Made by a program: the position numbers and the translations under genes
Source of the DNA: Candidatus Anderseniibacteriota bacterium
Lineage (GTDB): Bacteria; Patescibacteriota; Andersenbacteria; UBA10190
DNA length: 61,582 bases
Assembly: GCA_040900375.1 (NCBI GenBank)
Contig: JBBDZC010000014.1
Span: 33,130 to 94,711, forward strand
Direction: 5' to 3'
In this document: positions 8,569 to 17,664 of the stretch, piece after piece
Layout of the letters: every line of letters starts with the position of its first letter
How positions within the stretch are numbered: the stretch's first letter is position 1
Notes under the pieces: generated by a model
Seen by the model: only the letters and a program-made list of their open reading frames with translations
Database searches by the model: none
What the model was told of the DNA's origin: nothing

Positions 8569-10764
8569 CTAGCGCGGTGGCCGGGGACCGCGAAACGGAC
8601 CAGCCCGGCGCGGGCCACGATCACGATCTCTACCCCCACGGTGCGGCGGACGGGCGCCACCGGCTGGTTCAGCATTACCGCCAGGCAAGGCAGCTTTGTG
8701 GGAAAGGTTAATGCGACCCATGGTGTCAATTTCAATGACAATGACGGGGATGATATCGCCGACTTTGACGACATCGCTGATGGAGTCAATGCGCTCGTCA
8801 CGAAATTGTGAGATATGCACCATACCCTCAACATTGGGTACGAGTTCTACAAAAGCGCCAAAGTCCATAATGCGCGTTACCCGCCCCTCAAAACGCTCCC
8901 CCGACTTAATTTCCCGGGTTAAATTATGGACCCACTCTTTCGCCTTCTCCATCGCCTGGCCATCATTAGAAGTAATTGATACTAAACCATCATCCTCAAT
9001 ATCAATCTCCACGCCTGTCTGTTCGATAATTTCGTTAATGTGCTTGCCTTTCGGGCCAATGAGGTCGCCAATTTTTTCGACCGGGATACGCATGTTGAAG
9101 ATCCGAGGCGCGTACGGCGAGAGCTCCGCCCGAGGCTGGTTGATGACCTTGTCCATAGCATCGAGGATCTCGAGGCGGGCCTTTTTTGCTTGGGCCAGAG
9201 CCTGGGAAAGAATTTCCCGCGTTAAGCCCGAGATTTTAATATCCATTTGCAAGGCGGTGATGCCATCACGGGTGCCAGCTATCTTAAAGTCCATGTCCCC
9301 TTTTTCGTCCTCGACTCCGGCGATATCCGTCAGAATTTTGTAGTTGGTGCCATCGGTTATTAATCCCATGGCGATACCACCAACGGGTTTTTTAATCGGC
9401 ACGCCGCTGTCCATGAGGGAGAGCGAGGAGGCGCAGACTGAACCCATGGAAGAAGAACCATTACTTTCCAGCACTTCAGAAACTAGGAGCATGGTATAGG
9501 GCCAGGTTTCTTTATCGGGCAAAACGGGCAGCAGTGCCCGCTCGGCGAGTGAGCCGTGGCCGATTTCCCGCCGGCCCGGCCCGCGATTAGGCTTAGCTTC
9601 ACCCACCGAATAGCCAGGGAAATTATAGTGGTGGATATACCGTTTCTTTGCTTCGATCTCCATCGTATCAATGAGCTGTACGTCCGAGGGACCACCGAGA
9701 GTGATCACATTCAAAATTTGCGTTTCGCCCCGCTGAAACAGCGATGAACCATGAGTGCGCGGGAGGACTCCCACTTTAATCGCGAGAGGTCGGACTTCAT
9801 CGAGCGCTCGCCCACCTTCACGCCAGCCATCTTGTAAGCCTCGTTCACGAGCATAGAGGCCATGGAGTTCATGCACGGCCGCAGCAATCTGTTTGGGCGT
9901 CATCATGGCTTGTTCTTCGGGAGAAAGTTGCGTCACCACGGCGGCCGCAGTGGCGGCCTCGGCTTGGCGAAGTTCTTCTTTGGTGCCGGCTGTCTGTAAT
10001 TTTTCGCTTAAGACAGGGCGAGCCAGGGCGTATAATTTATCGGTGAGCGCCGGGTTGCTCTTCATCATTACGGGTTCAACTTTAGCCCTCCCTGCTTCCT
10101 GCGTAAGTTGAGCTATAACCGGCACCATGAGCGCTAAAGCTTTTTGGGCTTCTTCAAGGGCATCAAGTATGATGTCTTCGGGGACTTCAGTAGCGCTAGC
10201 TTCAATCATCACGATCCGCTCACCAGTGCCGGCGACGACGAGGTCGAGCGTGCTCTGTTCCCGTTCCGAGACCGTCGGGTTAATCACGAATTTGTCTTCA
10301 ATGCGCCCTACGCGAACGGCGGCAAGGGGCCCATTCCAGGGAACACTGGAAACTGAAAGGGCGGCACAGGCAGCAATCATGGCGGGGATGTCAGCGTCGT
10401 TCTCGCCATCATACGACAATACGGTTAAAACCACCTGGATATTATTAATCATACCGTCGGGAAAAAGCGGCCGAATCGAGCGGTCAATAAAGCGCGCTGT
10501 CAGTGTAGCTTCATCACTGGGGCGGCCTTCACGTTTAATAAAACGACTGCCTTTGATTTTGCCGGCCGCATAGAATTTCTCCTCGTAATCAACGAGCAGT
10601 GGTAAAAAATCGCCATCCTCATACAAGGCGTTATTCATGGTGGCGGTGCCGAGCACGACGGTATCGCCGTACTGCACGACAACCGAGCCGCCAGCCTGTT
10701 TAGCGAGCTCTCCCGTGCTGATACAGAGTTCTTGACCGCCAATTTGCGCCGTGCACTTTGCCAT
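8569..10764 (-). CDS. pnp: Polyribonucleotide nucleotidyltransferase (PNPase)
   Basis: Full PNPase architecture is readable: two RNase PH domains, a KH domain (PVEKIGDLIGPKGKHINEI) and an S1 domain (GRVTRIMDFGAFVEL). The likely start is MAKCTAQIGGQEL at 10764, preceded by GGGGGT. The ORF track starts further upstream at 10842. The C-terminus is an Arg/Gly/Pro-rich tail. Confidence 0.95.
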   Translation of the reverse strand: MAKCTAQIGGQELCISTGELAKQAGGSVVVQYGDTVVLGTATMNNALYEDGDFLPLLVDYEEKFYAAGKIKGSRFIKREGRPSDEATLTARFIDRSIRPLFPDGMINNIQVVLTVLSYDGENDADIPAMIAACAALSVSSVPWNGPLAAVRVGRIEDKFVINPTVSEREQSTLDLVVAGTGERIVMIEASATEVPEDIILDALEEAQKALALMVPVIAQLTQEAGRAKVEPVMMKSNPALTDKLYALARPVLSEKLQTAGTKEELRQAEAATAAAVVTQLSPEEQAMMTPKQIAAAVHELHGLYARERGLQDGWREGGRALDEVRPLAIKVGVLPRTHGSSLFQRGETQILNVITLGGPSDVQLIDTMEIEAKKRYIHHYNFPGYSVGEAKPNRGPGRREIGHGSLAERALLPVLPDKETWPYTMLLVSEVLESNGSSSMGSVCASSLSLMDSGVPIKKPVGGIAMGLITDGTNYKILTDIAGVEDEKGDMDFKIAGTRDGITALQMDIKISGLTREILSQALAQAKKARLEILDAMDKVINQPRAELSPYAPRIFNMRIPVEKIGDLIGPKGKHINEIIEQTGVEIDIEDDGLVSITSNDGQAMEKAKEWVHNLTREIKSGERFEGRVTRIMDFGAFVELVPNVEGMVHISQFRDERIDSISDVVKVGDIIPVIVIEIDTMGRINLSHKAALPGGNAEPAGGARPPHRGGRDRDRGPRRAGPFRGPRPPR

Positions 10765-11037
10765 AGTGTGATTACCCCCACTAACCAGGGTAGATTCCTC
10801 AATCATAGATTGTGACACCACAGTCTGCGTACCCAGCCGCAAGTAATCTTCAGGACACTAATTCTTTACTTATAGCAGGGCCTGCTCCCCTGCCGCATCA
10901 CCCGCTTCAGTCGCTAGAATCAGTGTTCTAAAGATTAGCACTCGCTGTCTGGTTACAAACTGCTGTTTTAAGTTAAAGAGTGAACAGCTGCTGTCGTTTG
11001 CTCGCGCCCAAACTACAGCACCTCACATTCTTTAAGT

Positions 11038-11589
11038 CTACTTGATAATCTTGGGGATGCGGCGCCGTAAGCCCCCACCAGCACCGATTAAGAATGCCTT
11101 AGGATCGCCGGAGAGATCAATAAAACTATCAACTGTCTCCGTAAGCTGGGTTGAGGTGCTCTCCCGAAAACTCATCAGTTCGACCCGCAGCCCGTGCTCT
11201 TGGGCAAACTTAACCAGGGGAATAAAGTCACCATCACCGGTAACGAGGATGGCCACATCAATCTTGGGTTGCAAGCGCAAGATATCCATTGCCATGCCAA
11301 TATCCCAATCACCTTTCTTTTGTCCGCCCACAAAAGTCTGCAGCGGTTTTGTTTTTACTTCAAACCCCTGTTTACCCAGCGCATCGTGGAAGTCTTCTTC
11401 GTGCGCTTCTTCGGTCGTAATGCCATAGGCAAGCGCGCGGACAAGCTGTCGGCCTGCCACTCCGTGTTCTAAGATTGCCCGAAAATTGACCTTCTTGCCG
11501 TACAGTGAACGGGCAGAATAATACATGTTTTGAATATCGACAAAGACGCCGACGCGCTGTTGGGGAAATTGTCCGGGGCTGCTCATCAT
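11038..11589 (-). CDS. NYN (LabA/DUF88-like, PIN-related) domain protein
   Basis: 183-aa ORF with [14 protein letters not shown]...[10 protein letters not shown]...[13 protein letters not shown], typical of NYN domains. Its start overlaps the rpsO stop by 4 nt (ATGA). Confidence 0.8.
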   Translation of the reverse strand: MMSSPGQFPQQRVGVFVDIQNMYYSARSLYGKKVNFRAILEHGVAGRQLVRALAYGITTEEAHEEDFHDALGKQGFEVKTKPLQTFVGGQKKGDWDIGMAMDILRLQPKIDVAILVTGDGDFIPLVKFAQEHGLRVELMSFRESTSTQLTETVDSFIDLSGDPKAFLIGAGGGLRRRIPKIIK

Positions 11590-11858
11590 TGGGCTTTCAA
11601 GCCTAGTTTTTTAGTAATCGAGCGATAGCGTTTTTCGTCTGATCGTTTAAGATAGGTCAGCAACCGCTTGCGCTTACTCACCATGCCGAGTAATCCCCGG
11701 CGGCTATGGTGATCCTTCTTATTCCGTTTGAGGTGCGCCGACAACTCATCAATTCTTTCCGTAAAAATGGCTACCTGAACTTCTGGTGAACCAGTGTCCT
11801 CGGCGTGGAGTTTATATTTTTTAATAATGTCTTGTTTACGCTCTTCGACTTTACTCAT
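11586..11858 (-). CDS. rpsO: 30S ribosomal protein S15
   Basis: 90-aa ORF with [37 protein letters not shown], the classic S15 signature. Confidence 0.95.
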   Translation of the reverse strand: MSKVEERKQDIIKKYKLHAEDTGSPEVQVAIFTERIDELSAHLKRNKKDHHSRRGLLGMVSKRKRLLTYLKRSDEKRYRSITKKLGLKAQ

Positions 11859-12082
11859 AAACGAAAATCGCTTGGGTTATAGTTATATTAAAATACAGCA
11901 TACCATACCTAGGGTGCTTTAAAAAAGCAAATTGGCTCACTCGAGCTTGGTGAATAACTTCAGTAGCGAGCGGGTCGTGGCAGCACCTGCCCACGCTTCG
12001 CCGGAGGCTTTGGCGAGGCCTGCACCCCCGTCCGACCCGCCTTCGCTTCGGCAGGGCAGGCGGCTTTGACCCGGTGTGCCCA

Positions 12083-12134
12083 CCGGGACAGTGACAAAGC
12101 CCTTCATCCTCGGGCTTACGGGCTCCAGATAAAA
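12083..12134. repeat. 52-nt conserved non-coding motif (family D), copy 1
   Basis: ccgggacagtgacaaagcccttcatcctcgggcttacgggctccagataaa recurs at 33935-33986 with one substitution. It lies in the 337-nt ORF-free gap upstream of rpsO. Confidence 0.85.
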
Positions 12135-12195
12135 ACTCACTATATCGCTATAGTGAGTCGGAAAGCTGTGGCCTGGAGCAAAGAGCCACCATGTC

Positions 12196-12459
12196 TTAAT
12201 AGTACAGTGCCCCTAACCGGAGCGCATAGGCCCACCCCCGCAGAGCGCTCTCACTCATTTCTAGATACTGCGTGGCGCGCCTAATATGCCTTTTTTTGAT
12301 CCCCCGGTGCTGTCTGGCTCGCTTCGCTAAGCGGTCACTAGCCACACCAATGGCACTGGCAATCTCTCCAGGAGGAATGCCTTGGACTTGCGCACAGTCC
12401 AGAATCGCTTGAGCATAGTAGGCCGATATTGGCCGGCGGGGAAGGTGACGTTGAGCCAT
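12196..12459 (-). CDS. Small putative helix-turn-helix DNA-binding protein
   Basis: The AAGGAGG Shine-Dalgarno 7 nt upstream of the ATG at 12459 favours an 87-aa product (MAQRHLPRRPISAYYAQAILDCAQVQGIPPGEIASAIGVASDRLAKRARQ...). The gene is divergent from the recombinase gene. Confidence 0.55.
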   Translation of the reverse strand: MAQRHLPRRPISAYYAQAILDCAQVQGIPPGEIASAIGVASDRLAKRARQHRGIKKRHIRRATQYLEMSESALRGWAYALRLGALYY

Positions 12460-12543
12460 GATCAGCCTCCTTAAGAATCGAGAAGGAAGGTTTAAGGGCA
12501 AAGAGCAAACCACGAAAGATACGGTATACTTTAAGTAAGTATC

Positions 12544-13452
12544 ATGACTGCCTCCTTGAAACAACTCCATACTGACTTTTTAGAAGATCTCGAAATAGGT
12601 CAGGGGCGATCACAGAAGACGATTGCTAATTACGATCATTATCTGCAACGCTTTTACCACCAGGAAGCAATTAAAAGCATTAGCGATATTACCCTGGAAG
12701 CCGTGCGCCGTTTCCGTCGGCATTTAAACGAATCTCAAACTGGCGGGTTATCACTGGCCACGCAAAACTATCACTTAATTGCCGTGCGTCAGTTCCTTAA
12801 ATACCTAGCAAAACGTGACTTCCCCGCCCTCTCGCCCGAAAAGATTGGTTTAGCCAAGCTGCACGAGCGGGTCATTGATGTGCTCTATCCCGAGGAAGTC
12901 GAAATACTCCTCCGGGCCCCTAATGCTGCGACGCTTGAAGGAGCGCGGGATCAGGCCATTGTCTATATTCTCTTTTCGACGGGGCTGCGTATTGCCGAAG
13001 CCACCAGTCTTAACCGCGACGATATTCGGACTAACAGCAAGGAAATTCCCGTCCGGGGTAAAGGCAATAAGGTGCGCGTCGTCTTTCTTTCGCCGGAGGC
13101 TCACGACAGCGTTAAAGATTACGTCGCCAAGCGCATGGACACCGATCCAGCTCTCTTTATTCGCCACAAGAAAGGTTCGGTTGGGCCTGATGATGACCTC
13201 CGGCTCACTCCCCGGAGCATTCAGCGGCTGATTAAGAAATATGCGGCTAAGGCGGGCTTAACCAAAGACATTACCCCCCACACCCTGCGCCACTCTTTTG
13301 CCACAGATCTCTTAAGCAATGGCGCTGATGTCCGAGAAGTCCAACAACTCTTAGGCCACTCCTCGATTACCACGACGCAAATTTATACGCACTTAACCGA
13401 TGTTCACCTCCACCAAGTCCACGAGAAATATCACCGCAAGAAGAGCGCTTAA
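12544..13452 (+). CDS. Tyrosine recombinase, XerC/XerD family
   Basis: 302-aa ORF with an N-terminal SAM-like domain and catalytic motifs (LRIAEATSL, HTLRHSFAT, LLGHSSITTTQIYTH). It could be the chromosome dimer resolvase or an integrase. Confidence 0.9.
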   Translation: MTASLKQLHTDFLEDLEIGQGRSQKTIANYDHYLQRFYHQEAIKSISDITLEAVRRFRRHLNESQTGGLSLATQNYHLIAVRQFLKYLAKRDFPALSPEKIGLAKLHERVIDVLYPEEVEILLRAPNAATLEGARDQAIVYILFSTGLRIAEATSLNRDDIRTNSKEIPVRGKGNKVRVVFLSPEAHDSVKDYVAKRMDTDPALFIRHKKGSVGPDDDLRLTPRSIQRLIKKYAAKAGLTKDITPHTLRHSFATDLLSNGADVREVQQLLGHSSITTTQIYTHLTDVHLHQVHEKYHRKKSA

Positions 13453-13472
13453 CGTCACGCCTGACGCTTGTT

Positions 13473-14579
13473 TTAGACAAACCGCGAATTGACGTCCGGG
13501 GTCGCGCTTTCATACTCTCTGGAGAGCAATTCTAGACCGCAGGGAAGTTCTTGAGTCAGCTCGGCTTTAAACACGCTCGCTCCAATCGTGGTCCAGGTGA
13601 AGAGTGAGAGCTGGCCAAATTCCTCACTTAGGGTAATGAGTCCGTGGCGATGTAAGATATCGCGGATCATGAACTTTTCTAGAATGGTGGGCAGAGCATG
13701 TTGCTGAACGATAGGCAGAATCGCGGCCTGGCCCTGACCAATCTGGAGTAATCCCTCTTCTTCCCACAGAGGCGCAAAGGTCTCTAAGACTTCGAGCGCC
13801 CAGTGGCTACGATCAACTTGCTGACCAGGCTCTAAGTGCTCACCTAAGTCCCACAGGAGCGGTAAATAATCTTGGATAACACGGACAAACTTCCCCCACA
13901 TACCGGCAAACTCGGCCCAATCAACATGGTAGGTGTCAGCGTGCCACAGTAAGTAAAATTGCTGGGTGGCGGGAAATTTGCGAAAACGCTCATAACGCGA
14001 ACGGACAACCACTAAACGGCCCTTAACCGGGCGCACGAGGCGCAGCGCTTGGAGGGTGGCGCGCAGCCGGCGCAGCGGCAGGTAGGACCATTCGCTCTCC
14101 ACCGGCAAGGCGGGCATGAGGGCCTGTGATGGCAGTGAGCCCGCGATACGCAAAACATCGGCAGGGTTGAGAAGTAGTTCGCCCTGTTCTTCGACTAGAT
14201 CAGCGGGCTGGCAAAAGATTGCTTCGAGAAAGGCGTGGGCGTCTTGGAGCATGGGGACGGTGAGCACTTCGTCGGAAGATAACGCCAGCGAAGGCAAGAG
14301 CGGCACATGGGGATGGTGCATGGACCACCAGGCCATAATGGCACTGCGCCACTTACGTTCTAGTACCTCGGAAGTAACCGAAATCGTGCCGAGCACTGTC
14401 CGAACCGCTGTTTCTGGGTCAGGCGCCTGCTGCACCTTCCCGAGCAATCCCTGTAAATCAATTGTTTGGGGAACATTGCTTAACATGCACAAAGCACGCA
14501 GCTTCTCTTCGTGGCTTATCGCGGCAGGAGGAGAATCTTTAAGAATCATCTTTTCTACGATACCAATAGTTGCCGCCAA
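13473..14579 (-). CDS. Hypothetical protein
   Basis: 368-aa ORF filling the whole gap between flanking genes. I recognise no motifs. Confidence 0.6.
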   Translation of the reverse strand: MAATIGIVEKMILKDSPPAAISHEEKLRALCMLSNVPQTIDLQGLLGKVQQAPDPETAVRTVLGTISVTSEVLERKWRSAIMAWWSMHHPHVPLLPSLALSSDEVLTVPMLQDAHAFLEAIFCQPADLVEEQGELLLNPADVLRIAGSLPSQALMPALPVESEWSYLPLRRLRATLQALRLVRPVKGRLVVVRSRYERFRKFPATQQFYLLWHADTYHVDWAEFAGMWGKFVRVIQDYLPLLWDLGEHLEPGQQVDRSHWALEVLETFAPLWEEEGLLQIGQGQAAILPIVQQHALPTILEKFMIRDILHRHGLITLSEEFGQLSLFTWTTIGASVFKAELTQELPCGLELLSREYESATPDVNSRFV

Positions 14580-14629
14580 TGCAAAGGGGATGTTTATCCC
14601 GCCGCCCGCTCAAGAGGTCTCTTAACCTG

Positions 14630-17350
14630 TTATTTGGCGCTCGTGACTAAATCTTTCGTTTTACCAACCTTCGCAAAGGCAATGTCGTCGCCCTCGAGAT
14701 AGGCTTTAATAGTTGACCCCTTGGGGAACTGACCCATTAGCAGCGCCGTTGACAGCTTATTCTCCAGCCGTTGCTGGATCTCGCGCCGCAGGGGCCGGGC
14801 GCCGAACTGGGGATCAAACCCATCTTGGGCTAAACGGTTGCGCACCTCTTCGCCAATTTCTAACTTGAGCCCTTGGGCGTTCACCAAGCGTTTAACCTCA
14901 TTGAGCATGATGTCGGCAATGAGCTGAACATGCTCTTTCCGCAAGGCGTGGAAGACAATAACGTCGTCTACCCGGTTTAAAAACTCGGGACGGAAGGTTT
15001 CCTTAAGCTTGGTCATGAGTAACTCCTTTAAAACTTCCCACTCCTGGCCTGTCACCTGGCGGGCAGTAGCTTCTTGGATCATGGTGCTGCCGACGTTGCT
15101 CGTCATGATAATGAGCGTATTTTTGAAGTCGACGGTGCGGCCCTTGCTATCAGTCAGGCGCCCATCGTCTAATACCTGGAGCAAGATATTAAAAACATCA
15201 GGGTGCGCTTTTTCAATCTCGTCAAGCAGAATCACGGAGTAGGGCTTGCGCCGGACGCTCTCGGTAAGCTGCCCGCCCTCTTCATGACCTACGTAGCCAG
15301 GCGGCGAGCCAATCATCCGTGCAATAGAATGTTTTTCCATGTACTCTGACATGTCGAGCCGGATCATGGCTTCCTCGCTGCCAAAGAGGACTTCGGCCAG
15401 GGCGCGCGTGAGCTCCGTTTTGCCAACACCTGTCGGCCCTAAAAAGATACAAGAACCGATCGGCCGCTTAGGATCTTTCAAGCCGGCACGGTTGCGGCGA
15501 ATGGTTTCACTGACCGCTTGAATCGCTTCATCTTGGGCAATCACGCGCCGGTGCAGTTCGTCTTCTAAGTGCAGCAGTTTGTCTAATTCTTGCTCGGTAA
15601 TTTTTTCCACGGGGATACCAGTCCACGCGGCAATAATTGCTTCAATGTCTGCGGCGCGGACTTCGGCATGTCCCATGCCAGCTTTTTTCTTCCAGGCTTC
15701 TGCCAACGCAGCAATATCATGTTCAACTTTGGTGATCGTTGCTTTGAGCTCTTTGATTATTTTGGTTTTTTTGGCCCGCTGATTGGCAGCTAATTCTCGC
15801 TTCAGTTCTTTAAGTTTTTCCCGCAAGCCTATGAGCTCACCCGGTGGCTCTTGCGCACTTAGTCGAACTTTGGCAGCGGCTTCATCCATGAGGTCAATGG
15901 CTTTATCGGGCAAAAACCGGTCGCGTAAATACTTATCAGATAAGGTTACCGCGGCCACAATAGCTTCGTCGCTAATACTAACTTTGTGGTGGGCTTCATA
16001 GCGGTCTTTTAAGCCGCGCAAAATTTGAATAGCGTCTTCTACGGAGGGCTCTTCCACGAGCACAGGCTGAAACCGCCGCTCGAGAGCTCCATCCTTCTCA
16101 ATATACTTTTTATACTCATTCAAGGTGGTTGCCCCAATCGCTTGCAGCTCGCCCCGAGCAAGTGCGGGCTTTAAGATATTAGCGGCATCAAGTGTGCCGC
16201 CTTCGCCGCCGCTACCGGCTCCCATGACCGTGTGGAGTTCATCAATAAAGAGGATGACTTCTCCTTTGGCCGCCCGGATTTCCTCCACCACCTTGGTGAT
16301 GCGCTCTTCAAACTCTCCTCGGTATTTAGTGCCGGCTACCATGGCACCAAGGTCCAAGGATACCACCCGTTTGTCTTTCAGGGTGTCGGGGACATTACCG
16401 TTCACAATTCGTGTCGCTAATCCCTCGGCAATTGCGGTCTTCCCCGTGCCCGGCTCGCCAATGAGCACAGGATTATTCTTGGTGCGCCGAGAGAGGATGT
16501 GCACGACCCGCTGCACTTCTTTGCTGCGCCCAATCACCGGATCTAGCTTGCCGGCGCGAGCCAGCTCGGTGAGATCACGGCTATATTTGTCGAGCGTCGG
16601 CGTTTTACTCTTTTTGACAGCTGTCCCTGTCTTCTTACCCTTCTCACCCACGGCCGAGAGCACCGCTTGGCGCAGTTTCGTTTCGGTGAGGCCATACTTC
16701 TTGAGAGTCTGGGCGGCTAAACCTTCTTCTTCTGCTAGAAGCCCAAGCAAAATATGCTCGCTGCCGACATAGTCGTGTTCTAAATTACGCGCGGCGTGCC
16801 AGGCTAACTCTAAAGCCTGCTTGGCCCGGGGTGATAAATCAGGGGCGACGCCTTGCCCATATTCTTTGTGCCTCTTCGTCATATTCTCTTCTAAATAACC
16901 CACCAGTTGCGGTACATCAATATCGAGGTTTTGCAGGACTTGTCGGCCGACTTCGGTATCTTCCGCCACGCCAATTAAGAGATGCTCGGTATCGAGCGCG
17001 GGCGAGCCGGCTTTGATGGCACTTTCAGCAGCAGTTTGAATCACGCGCTTCGCCCGATCAGAAAAAGCATCCAAAATATTGACTTGCTCTGTCGCTTCCC
17101 CTGTTCCCCGGGGAGCGGCATCAGTGGGAATACCGCCATGATGATGGCGTCCCTGACCGAAAAAAGGATCGGCGAAAAAACCACCAAGGGGCGAATCGGC
17201 CGCGTTAAATCCTGGAAGCGAGCCAAAGGGCGAACGCACGCCAATTTCGGCGGCACACGCATGACACAGATGCTGCGTTACAGTGCGCCCGCCAGTGGTG
17301 CGGCTTACCTGGACACTAGCTTCACGAGTTTTACATCGTTCACACAACAT
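14630..17350 (-). CDS. clpC: ClpC-type AAA+ chaperone ATPase with an N-terminal McsA-like zinc finger
   Basis: 906-aa ORF with Clp_N repeats and two AAA+ modules ([13 protein letters not shown]; [15 protein letters not shown]) separated by a short coiled-coil middle domain. The extra N-terminus is [35 protein letters not shown] (CxxC...CxxC). Confidence 0.9.
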   Translation of the reverse strand: MLCERCKTREASVQVSRTTGGRTVTQHLCHACAAEIGVRSPFGSLPGFNAADSPLGGFFADPFFGQGRHHHGGIPTDAAPRGTGEATEQVNILDAFSDRAKRVIQTAAESAIKAGSPALDTEHLLIGVAEDTEVGRQVLQNLDIDVPQLVGYLEENMTKRHKEYGQGVAPDLSPRAKQALELAWHAARNLEHDYVGSEHILLGLLAEEEGLAAQTLKKYGLTETKLRQAVLSAVGEKGKKTGTAVKKSKTPTLDKYSRDLTELARAGKLDPVIGRSKEVQRVVHILSRRTKNNPVLIGEPGTGKTAIAEGLATRIVNGNVPDTLKDKRVVSLDLGAMVAGTKYRGEFEERITKVVEEIRAAKGEVILFIDELHTVMGAGSGGEGGTLDAANILKPALARGELQAIGATTLNEYKKYIEKDGALERRFQPVLVEEPSVEDAIQILRGLKDRYEAHHKVSISDEAIVAAVTLSDKYLRDRFLPDKAIDLMDEAAAKVRLSAQEPPGELIGLREKLKELKRELAANQRAKKTKIIKELKATITKVEHDIAALAEAWKKKAGMGHAEVRAADIEAIIAAWTGIPVEKITEQELDKLLHLEDELHRRVIAQDEAIQAVSETIRRNRAGLKDPKRPIGSCIFLGPTGVGKTELTRALAEVLFGSEEAMIRLDMSEYMEKHSIARMIGSPPGYVGHEEGGQLTESVRRKPYSVILLDEIEKAHPDVFNILLQVLDDGRLTDSKGRTVDFKNTLIIMTSNVGSTMIQEATARQVTGQEWEVLKELLMTKLKETFRPEFLNRVDDVIVFHALRKEHVQLIADIMLNEVKRLVNAQGLKLEIGEEVRNRLAQDGFDPQFGARPLRREIQQRLENKLSTALLMGQFPKGSTIKAYLEGDDIAFAKVGKTKDLVTSAK

Positions 17351-17430
17351 AGAGTCAGTAGTGGATTAAGATTTGAGTGTAGTATATGAGCTTTCGCCTG
17401 CAATATTCCAGTAATGGAAGCGTTGGTCAA

Positions 17431-17566
17431 CCCCGTTAGCCGTTCGACCCCGCTGCTCGACAACCCCGAGCTCGTAGCCGAGGGGAGCTTTAGGGTCGAG
17501 GGGAGCCAGGCCGCCCCAAGCGGCCGTAGCTGTCCCGCATAGCGGGAGGGCAGGTCTCTAACGGGG
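17431..17566. mobile_element. MITE-like element (family B), long variant, in the clpC upstream region
   Basis: The termini CCCCGTTAG (17431-17439) and CTAACGGGG (17558-17566) are perfect inverted repeats. They are flanked by a direct TCAA at 17427-17430 and 17567-17570. Confidence 0.65.
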
Positions 17567-17604
17567 TCAAGAACGTTTAGGTACAAGTATTAAGTTAGGT
17601 AAAG

Positions 17605-17633
17605 AAAAAAGCGCCTTGCCGAAGCAAAGCGCT
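17605..17633 (-). terminator. Rho-independent terminator of the 17665..18585 gene
   Basis: The reverse strand reads AGCGCTTTGC-TTCG-GCAAGGCGCT followed by TTTTTT. Confidence 0.8.
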
Positions 17634-17664
17634 TTAAAGAACTACGAACGAACAAATTTTCTCC

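Noticed and set aside
8696-9343. Long antisense ORFs inside large genes, for example 8696..9343 in pnp, 16125..16772 in clpC, 41935..42540 in nusA, 4823..5347 in the 818-aa gene and 51101..51556 in the UDG gene.
   Set aside because: These are shadow ORFs opposite or out of frame to genes with unambiguous homology. Their products are low-complexity (Ser/Arg/Ala-rich) and lack translation signals.
10915-10940. A TTAGCACTC word (one CIRCE half-site) in the pnp leader, next to an imperfect inverted partner.
   Set aside because: CIRCE is TTAGCACTC-N9-GAGTGCTAA. Here the partner lies upstream, is imperfect (AGTGTTCTAA) and is spaced by 3 nt. The downstream gene is also not a chaperone.
11859-12195. 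I considered whether the structured gap upstream of rpsO is RNase P RNA, tmRNA, SRP RNA or 6S RNA.
   Set aside because: I could not find the universally conserved RNase P blocks, a tRNA-like acceptor/T-arm pair for tmRNA, or the SRP domain IV motif. Part of the region is also duplicated elsewhere, which is unexpected for single-copy essential RNAs. It is left as unassigned.
12196-13452. I considered whether the divergent HTH gene and tyrosine recombinase form an integrative mobile element.
   Set aside because: No flanking att-like repeats, cargo genes or tRNA target are evident. XerC/D-type recombinases are core genes in reduced genomes, so it is called simply as a Xer-family recombinase.
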